This document shows, one piece after another, positions 51,119 to 60,307 of a DNA stretch of 64,000 nucleotides. How positions within the stretch are numbered: position 1 is the first letter of the stretch; every line of letters starts with the position of its first letter. The DNA lies in contig CAZUFC010000005.1 of NCBI GenBank assembly GCA_964619725.1, forward strand, positions 64,001 through 128,000. Direction: 5' to 3'. The DNA is from an uncultured bacterium. Lineage in GTDB: Bacteria > CSSED10-310 > CAZUFC01. The position numbers and the translations under genes are program-made. The notes beneath the pieces were generated by a model. It searched no databases. It saw only the letters and a list, made by a program, of their open reading frames with translations, and was not told where the DNA came from.

Positions 51119-51231
51119 TAATTATTCCGAAATCAGAAGCCTTTGCTGCTGATTCTCATCGGAAGCTTGAAAAAATTATTCCTGGTCCAAAACCAATAAC
51201 AAAAACGAAGAAGAGTAAAAGAGGCATGCCA

Positions 51232-51597
51232 TTATAGTTCAGCCTTTTTAATACTCAAAAGATCGCCCCGTCGTTCTTTAGTCAGATCATGACGTTTCAG
51301 TATCAACTCAAGAACCTGGTCCCAGGGAACTTTTTTCACTTTTAAACTGGTCCTCCCGGTGACGTCGTCATCAATGATAACGTCTAAATCGCCTATCTCC
51401 GCGAGAATTTTAATTAATTCAGGGATTTCAATGTCCTTTACGTCTATTGAGACGGGTTTGCCTTTGTATTTGGACGATGAACGAACGGCATCTTTCAAAT
51501 TCTGTTCTGTGAAAACATCCACAGTCCATGCCGATACGAAAATGAGAAGCGCCGGCATCATAACAACGAATTTAACCGGTCTGGTTCTGGAATTCAT
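51232..51597 (-). CDS. Stand-alone secretin N-terminal (STN/N0, PilQ-like) domain protein
   Basis: YKGKPVSIDVKD....LI.ILA..GDLDVI....V.G..SL....VPWDQVLELIL matches PilQ N0; the protein ends there. Confidence 0.75.
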   Translation of the reverse strand: MNSRTRPVKFVVMMPALLIFVSAWTVDVFTEQNLKDAVRSSSKYKGKPVSIDVKDIEIPELIKILAEIGDLDVIIDDDVTGRTSLKVKKVPWDQVLELILKRHDLTKERRGDLLSIKKAEL

Positions 51598-51621
51598 GGA
51601 ATAAACTCCTTTCAATTTTTT

Positions 51622-52584
51622 TCATCCTCCAATATTTTTGATTTTATTTTGCACGAAAGGATGCAGCTTATCGACATTTAATTTTTTAACTGATTTGGTG
51701 GCCTTTCCGGGATTGATATTTCCGACGGCTTCTATCGCCAGGCCCTGCAAAAGCCAGTCATCGCTGTTCAATTTTTTCCGGAGAAGTTTGAGGGCTTTTT
51801 TACTTTTCATACGCCCCAGGATTTCCACTAAATGCAATTCCAAATAGCCCTCTGCTGTTTTCAGGGCTTTGACCATCTGTTTTTCTCCGGGTTTGCCGGT
51901 TTCGATGAGAGCTTCCGCTGCAGCATTTCTCACGGTGAAAACAGGATCGGAAAGGGTCTGGATCAACTCCGTAACAGCATTTTGCGATTTGATATGTCCC
52001 AATGCAACGGCCGCATAGATTCGATCAGCCTCTTTTTCGGCATTTAATCCTTGGACAAGAACGGGGACAGCCTCTTCAGCTTTCAGATCGCCTAATGACT
52101 GGAAAATGTATGATTGCAATTCGGCGTCCTGGCGGAGCAGCTCAAGCAGCGGCGGAACGGCTCGTCTGTCTTTTGAGTCGCCCAGGAAGCGCACGAGCAG
52201 TCTTCTTGTTCTGTCATTTTCGTTTTGCAATCCTTCAATGAGGCCGGGAACCGCATCCGTACCTATGCTTTTCAGTATTTTTTCCAGGGTAACTCTAATA
52301 ATTACATTTTTGATATGTAATTTCGAAATAAAGAACCTTATTCCTTCATCACCCTGATCAATGAAGAATTGAATAGCCGCCTCTTTTTCCTCCGTTTCTT
52401 TTCCCGGTTTAGCTCCGTAATTCACGGCTTTCTCGAATTGTTCTTCGTATTTGGTTTCATGGTCGTTGGCGAGGCCGGCCAGGCAAGGATCAAGAAACGG
52501 AAGGAATAAGGCGGCGGATACTCCGATTAATAAAGCTGAGCGAAAGGAGGAGAAAAATTGGTTAAGATGAAGTTGGATTTTCAT
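51622..52584 (-). CDS. Exported HEAT-repeat protein
   Basis: Repeated A.ALG.I....AV..LI..L.D motifs; N-terminal signal-like segment. Confidence 0.85.
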   Translation of the reverse strand: MKIQLHLNQFFSSFRSALLIGVSAALFLPFLDPCLAGLANDHETKYEEQFEKAVNYGAKPGKETEEKEAAIQFFIDQGDEGIRFFISKLHIKNVIIRVTLEKILKSIGTDAVPGLIEGLQNENDRTRRLLVRFLGDSKDRRAVPPLLELLRQDAELQSYIFQSLGDLKAEEAVPVLVQGLNAEKEADRIYAAVALGHIKSQNAVTELIQTLSDPVFTVRNAAAEALIETGKPGEKQMVKALKTAEGYLELHLVEILGRMKSKKALKLLRKKLNSDDWLLQGLAIEAVGNINPGKATKSVKKLNVDKLHPFVQNKIKNIGG

Positions 52585-52599
52585 GATGCTGGTCTCCTT

Positions 52600-54681
52600 T
52601 CAGTTGCCGTTTGATTCGTATTGATTGAGGTTGGCTTCGACGTCAACGCCGGCGGCGTAGTAGGGTCTTGTGCGCCACATGCCTTCTTGGCCTCCGGCAG
52701 TATAGGCGTCTTTGCCGGCCAGATCGATAAAAACGGCTATGCTGCCGTATTCGCGGGAACTTTTTTGAGCGGAGCCCTGTGCATCCGCTTTTTTGCTGAA
52801 GTATCCGTCGTTTCCGGCCGAATCGATAAAAACGGCTACTGAATTATTGACGGCTGTTCCTTGTCCTCCGCCATCGCAGGTATAGTAATCATGACCCCAT
52901 TTATCCAGCAGCCAGCCGACCGCGTAATCGTGAGCGAACCCCTGTGTGCATCCCTTGCATGCATATTTATCGTGGCCGCCTTTTTCTATGAGTATTCCGG
53001 TTGAAAGGTGAATACCCGATCCCTGTGCGTAATGCCGGGCATTGTAGGTATCGTTTCCCTGGCTATCGATGAGTATTCCGACTGAATACCAGTAGCTGGT
53101 TCCTTGAGCATAAACATCACCGTTATAGAAGTCGTTGCCTTCATCATCGATCAGCATGCCTATGCCTCCGGACGCATAGGGACGAATTCCTATAGCGAAG
53201 CCCTGCGAGAGGCTCAGGTAATCCTCCGGCAATCTTCCATAGTCATGATAAAGACCGCCGGCGTAGTATAGATCGTCTCCTGTTTCGTCATGTAATGCGC
53301 CGATGCCCCCTGTGTAGCCGAATCCCTGGGCATACAACCGGGCATAGTAAACATCCTTGCCGGAGGAATCGCAGAGCAGTCCGGCGCCGAAGGCTCCCGC
53401 TCCCTGCACTGTTTTATCGGCCCGGTATACGTCGTCACCCTGTTCATCCGATAATACTCCGATACCGAAATATCCTGCCCCCTGACTCAGGCTTTTCCCT
53501 TCATAAATATCATTTCCCGAAAGATCGAAAACCGCTCCTATGCCGAAAATGCCCGCTCCCTGCACTCCATTTTCGAAACTCATATAACGATCATCACCCG
53601 CCAGATCGATAACAGTCGACAGCCTGCGGCCCATATATCCGGCTGCGCCTCCTCCGCTGTTCCGGTAAACGTCCTTGCCGTCCGGATCAATGATCAGGAA
53701 ATGTTCAATATCCTCATACTCGTCGTTGTCCCAGGAACCGATTATGATCTTTCCCAGAGGAGTTAAAATTTCTGTTCTCTTTTCCGGAAAATACCGCGTA
53801 TCTTTTTGAGCAGCGACTGAACTGACGCCCGCGCTTACTCTTCCGGTCCGCCTCGTTTCGCCCGACCCGCTTTTTTCCCTTAATTCCAAAATGTCGGTCT
53901 TTAACTCCTCGACAGCTTCAAAATATTCCACTCCGGCTGTGAACAATAAATTTCTGTCCATCCGGTCATAGGGACCCAGAATATTCGCTTTCACCCATGT
54001 TTCATCGTCCATCTCTTCCCGCTTTTCGGACGCGGCCCTTATCTCTGCATTCGTTATGCCCAGGCTGTTCAAATAGCTGATGTCGCCCGCATAACTCTCC
54101 TTCGCTTCCGCCGTCTCCTCTTCATCCGGCATCACCCCGTTTTCCGCAAACCGCTCAATTAGCAATATCTCCATTTCTTCCGAAAGAATTTCACTGAATG
54201 CTGTTTTCACTTTGTCGTCTATCAGCAAACACTTCAGCAAAAACGATTTAAGACTCCTCTCCAATTCCGGCGATACAGGCATCGGCTTGTTTAAATCCGG
54301 TAAATAATTCTCTTTGATCTCTTCCGCAGCCTCAGATGTATCAATATCTGCATCAGATGCATCAGCCATCGATTCCACTATATCGGATATGCTCCTCTCC
54401 GGCATAAACGTCTTTTGAACAGATTCCGCAAATTCCGGACATAACAGAGGATTATTCAATAATTCCGCGGCTGCTGAAAAACGATAGTCGTCCTCCACAT
54501 AATCCCTTTTAAACCGTAAATCATCTTTTGTGGCCTTTATGCTCCGCAGAGCATCCCTGAAATAACGCCTCTCCAGCTCTCCGAATGTTTTTTCCTCACT
54601 CAACACGGGACGATACTGATTAAGAATACATGCTTGAACGCAAAAAAACAGCCCGATGCAAAAAAACAATTTTTTCCTCAT
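52600..54681 (-). CDS. Exported protein with 12 DxxGxDxY..QG beta-solenoid-like repeats
   Basis: Repeats at 52702-53688; N-terminal signal/possible lipobox (VQAC). Confidence 0.75.
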   Translation of the reverse strand: MRKKLFFCIGLFFCVQACILNQYRPVLSEEKTFGELERRYFRDALRSIKATKDDLRFKRDYVEDDYRFSAAAELLNNPLLCPEFAESVQKTFMPERSISDIVESMADASDADIDTSEAAEEIKENYLPDLNKPMPVSPELERSLKSFLLKCLLIDDKVKTAFSEILSEEMEILLIERFAENGVMPDEEETAEAKESYAGDISYLNSLGITNAEIRAASEKREEMDDETWVKANILGPYDRMDRNLLFTAGVEYFEAVEELKTDILELREKSGSGETRRTGRVSAGVSSVAAQKDTRYFPEKRTEILTPLGKIIIGSWDNDEYEDIEHFLIIDPDGKDVYRNSGGGAAGYMGRRLSTVIDLAGDDRYMSFENGVQGAGIFGIGAVFDLSGNDIYEGKSLSQGAGYFGIGVLSDEQGDDVYRADKTVQGAGAFGAGLLCDSSGKDVYYARLYAQGFGYTGGIGALHDETGDDLYYAGGLYHDYGRLPEDYLSLSQGFAIGIRPYASGGIGMLIDDEGNDFYNGDVYAQGTSYWYSVGILIDSQGNDTYNARHYAQGSGIHLSTGILIEKGGHDKYACKGCTQGFAHDYAVGWLLDKWGHDYYTCDGGGQGTAVNNSVAVFIDSAGNDGYFSKKADAQGSAQKSSREYGSIAVFIDLAGKDAYTAGGQEGMWRTRPYYAAGVDVEANLNQYESNGN

Positions 54682-54885
54682 AACCAAGCCTTTCTGAAAG
54701 ACGAAGATGTTGAGAAACCGACTCTTCTCAGTTCCAGTTTACAAGAAATAACGAGCAAGGAAAGAAGGAATGAATAAACAGGGGGAAAATGATTGCCCAT
54801 AAAGAACAACAAATTTGAATAGAGGATTTCGAAAACCTTTGACGCTTTTTTCCAATATTTTTATCGCCTGGATCGTTCTGATCAA

Positions 54886-55956
54886 TCACCGTCTTCGTTT
54901 CAATTTGAGGTAAGACCGGCGGAAAAGCAGCATGCCCAGCGCCGCGGTCAGGATTATCAATCCGGCGGAGGATGCTGAAGGGACCAGTACCGGCGTGGGT
55001 TCAGACGTGAATGTGGGTGTAGGGGTGAACTCCGGCGAAGGAGTCCATGTGGGCAAATTGCATTCATGCATGAATGTTATCTGAAAACTAGTATTCAGAA
55101 TATGATTAAAATAATTCCATTGAGCCGCATCGTTTTTCAGCAGAGCATCGAGCCACGGCACAAGAAACTGGTTCGTTAACTCATGCTGCTGTTCTCGCGT
55201 GATGCCGGGATCGGGATACTGCTCCTCGATATTATCGCACGCATAAGTATATTCCGCATACTGGCAATGATTGGCGCCCGTGATGATGATCAGGGTTTTG
55301 CAATCGGAGCTCAAAGCATTGTAATACGGTATCTGATAATCACCAGGCGGCGTAAGATAGTCGTCCGATCCCCCGAAAATGAGCGACGGGACTGTTATGC
55401 CGGAAAGATCATACATGGATGCCTGTCCGCAGGCGAAATTGGCGATGGCCGTCACCGCCGGATCGGCCAGGGCAGCCGCAAAAGTAACGACGCCGCCCAT
55501 GGAATGTCCCAGCACGGCAAATTCGTCCCCAACCTTCTGATAAAAAATAGACGACGGCATGGTATTGACTTCCTGCAGTTTATGCGCCACAAACAGCAGG
55601 TCCAGCGCAAACTCATCCTTGTCCGGATTCATGCCCATTTCCGTCTTGGGAAAAGCCGTTATGTATCCCGCCGGCGCCAGAGCCGTCCAATAATTCTCAT
55701 AAGCCGTCCACGCCATCATTCGGCCGTGCCCGTAAGAAACTACCGGGAATCCGTCAGGTCCCGGATCAGCCACTGGAACATCCGCTCCTTCAGTATCCGC
55801 AGGATAATATATCTCCGTCGGTATCTGACGGCTGCGGCCCGGATCAATAAAATTGCGGGTCGTCTGGCCAATCTGCCAGTCAGCGCTCACCCCCGCAGCC
55901 ATTATTAAAGAATTCCATAACGCCCAAAAACTTAAAAACATTTTTAATGATTTCAT
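54886..55956 (-). CDS. Secreted alpha/beta hydrolase (chlorophyllase/cutinase-like) with PT linker and IPTL-CTERM-like anchor
   Basis: GHSMGG nucleophile elbow, GSDD, GANH; VPSASSAG-TM-RR..KRRR. Confidence 0.85.
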   Translation of the reverse strand: MKSLKMFLSFWALWNSLIMAAGVSADWQIGQTTRNFIDPGRSRQIPTEIYYPADTEGADVPVADPGPDGFPVVSYGHGRMMAWTAYENYWTALAPAGYITAFPKTEMGMNPDKDEFALDLLFVAHKLQEVNTMPSSIFYQKVGDEFAVLGHSMGGVVTFAAALADPAVTAIANFACGQASMYDLSGITVPSLIFGGSDDYLTPPGDYQIPYYNALSSDCKTLIIITGANHCQYAEYTYACDNIEEQYPDPGITREQQHELTNQFLVPWLDALLKNDAAQWNYFNHILNTSFQITFMHECNLPTWTPSPEFTPTPTFTSEPTPVLVPSASSAGLIILTAALGMLLFRRSYLKLKRRR

Positions 55957-56088
55957 GGAAAACTCTCCCTTTATAAATTCCCAGGAAACATTTCGTCGAC
56001 CTTAAGATAAAATCATTATAAACTGTTTTTTCTCAAATTTAAAATTTTATCTGAAATCCGGGTTAAGGAAGTTATTGTCATTCAGGAA

Positions 56089-56356
56089 TGGATCAGAGCC
56101 CTTCGCAAGACAGGATGTTCAGATATCGGGGTCGGTATCGGTATCGCAATCGCAATAAATAATAACGAGGAAAGGTGATTTGTCCTAATGCCGGCGACAA
56201 TTCGGGAGAGGAAAAGTTCCGTTTCGTCCATGCGGGATCAGAGCTCTTCGCAGGCTATTGCGGCAAGCACATAGAATCCAACCTGATCCGGCAGCCGATA
56301 CCCAGCATCAAGCATCCAGAAAGGGGTCAGAGCCCTTCGCAAACCCTTCGCAAACC
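56089..56356 (+). repeat. Cluster of three REP-like copies (E 56089-56108, F 56234-56252, G 56323-56348) plus hexamer array 56123-56155
   Basis: TGGATCAGAGCCCTTCGCAA; GGGATCAGAGCTCTTCGCA; GGGGTCAGAGCCCTTCGCAAACCCTT; ATCGGGGTCGGTATCGGTATCGCAATCGC. Confidence 0.75.
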
Positions 56357-56388
56357 AGGACTGTATGTGGCCAACCTCTGCTGGTCAT

Positions 56389-57666
56389 TTACTCATCAAT
56401 GGGCGAAAGCGCCCACGCGCTCGGAACCGCCAGGATGGAATCCTCGAATTCGTGGATTTCGCGGTCCTGGGAGAACACGAACGCTCCCAGTAAAGGTTTG
56501 TCAAGGATTTCCTGGAGTCCGCGGAGGGAGCGGGCGTGGACGCCGGCGACACGGGACGCGCTTTTAATTTCGATGGCTACGAATGCTTCACTCGTTTCGA
56601 TCAGGATATCTACTTCACGTCCATCGTAAGTTCTAATGAAATGTAGGTCCACGGGAAGCCGGGCGTTTTTTAGCTGTTTCAGTATCTCGGCCGCCACCGC
56701 GGATTCATACTCCTCGCCCGTGACGTCGCCGGTCCTCCCGACAATGGCCCGGCGAATCCCAGGGTCCAGAAAATGGACCTTCGGCGCCTTGGACAACCGC
56801 TTCTCCATGTTTCTGAAGTAAGGCCGCAGGATGACGACTTGATAGCTCAATTCGAGATACCGTAAATATCGACGCGCAGTATTCGCACTAACAGCGGCTG
56901 CCCTGGCTAAGTCGCTGAAGTTGACCAGCTTGCCGCTCCGGGAGGCGATGGCCGATTGCGCCAAAACAAACGGTTCCAGGTCGCTCATTACCGCCAAATC
57001 CGCTACATCCCGCTCAAGATACGTCCGCTGATAGTCGCGGAGCCATAACCGCCGTTCCTCGTTCGTTATATCCTGGTGATGAACAACCGGCATTCCCCCG
57101 TACTTCAGGTAAAAATCGAAGAGTCCCGCGAAACGGGCGAAGCTCCGGCTGGCGACTGGAATGCCCCGGAATAGGCTGAGGTCAGTCGTGCCCTTCCTGA
57201 GCCATGAGACAAGACGCGATTCCGAGACCGGGTCTTCCCAGGACGTAGTCGCCATCTCTGGCAATGTCAGGGGCCAGAGTTCCTCGATTGCAGCCCTGCC
57301 GGCCATACTTTCTTTGACTTTGGACAGCAGTAGGATTTGCGCGCTGCCCAACAGCACGTAACGGACCTCTTCACTCCGGTCGTAAGCGGCTTTGATCGAT
57401 TCGATAAGCGTCGGCGCTTTCTGCACCTCGTCGAGGACCGCCCGGGGATAACGCTCGATCCATTCCGCCGCCGACATTCGTGTGTAAGCGGGACGAAGCG
57501 TCGGGTCCTCCAGAGATATGAAAGGTAAATCTCCGAATGTACGACGGGCCAATGTGGTTTTGCCGGTCTGTCGAGCGCCCGTGATAACGAGCAATCGTCC
57601 AAGTCGCCCCTGCGCTCGTTTTATGACATGCTGTTTAATAGCTCTGTTGATCATTTGTATTTCCAT
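56389..57666 (-). CDS. AAA_14 ATPase with DUF4143 (restriction-endonuclease-like) C-terminus
   Basis: GARQTGKTT, LDEVQK, LLGS, ESMAGR, GGMP, TYLERD, KAPKVHFLDPG, EVDI..AIEIK. Confidence 0.9.
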   Translation of the reverse strand: MEIQMINRAIKQHVIKRAQGRLGRLLVITGARQTGKTTLARRTFGDLPFISLEDPTLRPAYTRMSAAEWIERYPRAVLDEVQKAPTLIESIKAAYDRSEEVRYVLLGSAQILLLSKVKESMAGRAAIEELWPLTLPEMATTSWEDPVSESRLVSWLRKGTTDLSLFRGIPVASRSFARFAGLFDFYLKYGGMPVVHHQDITNEERRLWLRDYQRTYLERDVADLAVMSDLEPFVLAQSAIASRSGKLVNFSDLARAAAVSANTARRYLRYLELSYQVVILRPYFRNMEKRLSKAPKVHFLDPGIRRAIVGRTGDVTGEEYESAVAAEILKQLKNARLPVDLHFIRTYDGREVDILIETSEAFVAIEIKSASRVAGVHARSLRGLQEILDKPLLGAFVFSQDREIHEFEDSILAVPSAWALSPIDE

Positions 57667-57692
57667 AAAGGCGTAAAATATTCAAGCAATTG

Positions 57693-57721
57693 ATAATAAT
57701 ACGCCATTAATAAAATGTCAA
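57693..57721 (-). promoter_or_regulatory. Sigma70 promoter of the AAA_14/DUF4143 gene
   Basis: Minus strand TTGACA-N17-TATTAT, ~27 nt upstream of the ATG. Confidence 0.6.
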
Positions 57722-57748
57722 TAATTGTTTTTTAACAAAATCCGGAAT

Positions 57749-57774
57749 GGGGTCGGAGCCCTCCGCAATCCCTT
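57749..57774 (+). repeat. REP-like repeat copy H (degenerate)
   Basis: GGGGTCGGAGCCCTCCGCAATCCCTT, 23/26 identical to copy G. Confidence 0.7.
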
Positions 57775-57855
57775 GCGTCTGCGATAGAGCGTCCGGGATT
57801 ATCGGTCATGCGGTATTCGGAACCCAGCATCCGTGCAATGAGTTGGACCCGGTTG

Positions 57856-59172
57856 TTATTCCGTTGACGGTTTTTCCAGACTGTAGTCGCTTATTTTTTT
57901 GTACAGGGTGCCGCGGCTTATTCCCAGTATCGCAGCGGATTCCTTGATGTTCCAGCTTTTGGCGTGCAATACCCTCTCTATGTAATCCGCTTCCACTTCC
58001 GATAACGGACACAACTGAAAAGTCTTCTGGACCGGCTCCTCCTTCTGACGGGGCTTCAGAAAATGCAGGTGCTCCGCTTTTATCACGTTTCCCCTGGCTA
58101 TCACCACGCTCCTGGATATTACGTTTTCCAGCTCTCTTATGTTGCCCGGCCAGTCATAATCCAGCAACGCTGATATGGCATCGCTGCTCAGTCGCTTGGA
58201 ATCCTCCGCCATGTTGTTCTTTCGCAGAACCTTTCTTAAAAATTCCGCGGATAATATCGGTATGTCCTTCTTGCGTTCCCGCAATGACGGTATCCTGATC
58301 GGAAATACATTGATCCTGTAATATAAATCCTCCCTGAACTTCTCCTGCTCGATCAATGACTCCAAATCCTGGTTCGTCGCGCTGATCAAACGGAAATCAG
58401 ACTCTATCGGTTCCGTACCTCCTACACGCTCAAATTTCTTCGTCTCCAATACCCGCAAAAGCTTGATCTGCGAATATATCGGCATGTCGCCTATCTCATC
58501 CAGAAATAACGTCCCTTTGTCCGCTAACTCCAAACGGCCTACCTTGCGCGTGCCCGCTCCCGTAAACGAACCCTTCTCATATCCGAATAACTCCGCCTCT
58601 AACAATGTCTCCGGCAGCGCTGCACAGTTTATCGCATGAAATTCGCCCTTGTTCCGGCGACTTAATTCATGGATCGCACGACTCACCAGCTCCTTCCCGG
58701 AACCCGTCGGCCCCCTGATCAATACCGATATGTCCGTCTTCGCCACCGTCGTGATTAACTCAAACACGACCTTCATCTTCTCATCTACGCCGATCATCCC
58801 CTCAAAATACTTGTTCCTTACATCATCGAATATCGATTCGCGACTCGCCTTGTCCGTTAACATATTCCGGATGATCGAACGCACCCTCGTGTTGCGCGGC
58901 GAATGAAATCCATATAACGTCATATCCTGAGACGGCTCGCATACCTTGCGGACTATGTCGAATTCCACCATCGGCTCTAAACAGGACTCCACGTCGCTTA
59001 CCATGCGTCCCGTCATATGAGCCAACTGCTGGATGCTGTAAAGATTCTCCCTGTTCTCAGCCATGTGCTTGAACAACTGCTTGCGCAAGGGTGAAATAAA
59101 TAAGCATTTAATCTCAGTATATAAAGGATCTTGAAGTTCTGCTCCGCAGCTTCGTTCCTGGTAACTTTCCAT
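57856..59172 (-). CDS. Sigma54-dependent activator with N-terminal winged-helix-like domain
   Basis: GPTGSGKE, EAELFGYEKGSFTGA, FLDEIGD, WPGNIRELEN, C-terminal Fis HTH LGISRGTLYKK. Confidence 0.9.
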   Translation of the reverse strand: MESYQERSCGAELQDPLYTEIKCLFISPLRKQLFKHMAENRENLYSIQQLAHMTGRMVSDVESCLEPMVEFDIVRKVCEPSQDMTLYGFHSPRNTRVRSIIRNMLTDKASRESIFDDVRNKYFEGMIGVDEKMKVVFELITTVAKTDISVLIRGPTGSGKELVSRAIHELSRRNKGEFHAINCAALPETLLEAELFGYEKGSFTGAGTRKVGRLELADKGTLFLDEIGDMPIYSQIKLLRVLETKKFERVGGTEPIESDFRLISATNQDLESLIEQEKFREDLYYRINVFPIRIPSLRERKKDIPILSAEFLRKVLRKNNMAEDSKRLSSDAISALLDYDWPGNIRELENVISRSVVIARGNVIKAEHLHFLKPRQKEEPVQKTFQLCPLSEVEADYIERVLHAKSWNIKESAAILGISRGTLYKKISDYSLEKPSTE

Positions 59173-59377
59173 GCTGTCTCCAGCGCCTGTTTCCCACATC
59201 TTGTCGCGTCAATTCCCCGAAGGTCCTTCTGGCGATTACCCACAACCTCCGCCGTTTATTATAAGAACAATCCTCAAAAAATCAAGAAATATTGCAAAAA
59301 CACAAATTGTGGCAATTATTGCAAAAATTATATCCGGGCAAGAAACGGCAGGAAAGAGAAGCGGATATCAGCGCGGG

Positions 59378-60256
59378 TCAGGAAGCATCATTTTTATCAT
59401 CTGACCGTTTGGGAGGGTGATTGGGGAGATGTGCGGGACGGCTTTTAGGGACATAGCCTGCCGGTTTGGGTTTTTTTCGGTTTTTTTTGGATTTGGGTTG
59501 AGGCACGAATGTTTTCTTAAGGAAATGTTTCAGGGAAATAGCGATGGATTTTTTTTCTTTTTTAAGGGCCTGGCTAATTTCATTCACGCCTTTTCTGGCG
59601 ATTCTGTTGTTGGGGTCCCATGCGAGGGCTTTTTTATAGCTTGATCTGGCATCGACCAGGTTGCCCATTTTCTGGCAGATTCTTCCGCGCAGAGTATGAT
59701 AATTAACGTTTTCGTTATTGATTTTAATGGCTTGATCGATATTTGTAAGAGCGTCTTTTCTCCATTTAGGGTGACTCATTTGGGCGAGTGCGAGTTTAGC
59801 GAAGTATTCGGGATTTTCGGGATTGAGTGCGACGGCGGATTCGAAGAAATTGATGGCTGTGGTGATATTTTTATTTTTAAGGCAATCCAGCCCTTTATTG
59901 TATTGAGCGTGAGCGACTTTGATGGGTTTACCTGATTTAACGTGAAGCCCTTTGGCTTCAGCGGAGAAGAGTTCCTGGTCATATTTCAGTTTTTGTTCTT
60001 GATTTGTCAGCGTATTGTAGGCTTCGTTAAGGGCGTTGAAGATTTTTTCGAGTTTATCTTTGAGCTCGTCATCGATATCTCGACCGAAATTATCGGGATG
60101 CAGTTCTCTGACCTGTTTACGGTAACCCGCTTTAATTTGATGAGGTTCAGCTTTACGTCTGATGGAGAGCAGTTCGTAATAATTCATCCGATCGAGTCGG
60201 GCGTAGATATCCTCGATTTTTTTTAATTTTTCTTCATTTACGCTTTCGTTATTCAT
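59378..60256 (-). CDS. J-domain plus TPR protein
   Basis: NYYELL, LHPD, LNEAYNTL; TPR motifs ..A..LNPEN.., ALAWDPNN. Confidence 0.85.
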   Translation of the reverse strand: MNNESVNEEKLKKIEDIYARLDRMNYYELLSIRRKAEPHQIKAGYRKQVRELHPDNFGRDIDDELKDKLEKIFNALNEAYNTLTNQEQKLKYDQELFSAEAKGLHVKSGKPIKVAHAQYNKGLDCLKNKNITTAINFFESAVALNPENPEYFAKLALAQMSHPKWRKDALTNIDQAIKINNENVNYHTLRGRICQKMGNLVDARSSYKKALAWDPNNRIARKGVNEISQALKKEKKSIAISLKHFLKKTFVPQPKSKKNRKKPKPAGYVPKSRPAHLPNHPPKRSDDKNDAS

Positions 60257-60307
60257 AATGATTCAAAATCCTTTAAGGTTCCCGTGAAGGCAAAGCGGAA
60301 TCGGAAG

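Noticed and set aside
59309-59323. Sigma54 promoter TGGCAATTATTGCA
   Set aside because: Only 8 nt separate GG and GC; the -24/-12 element needs 10.
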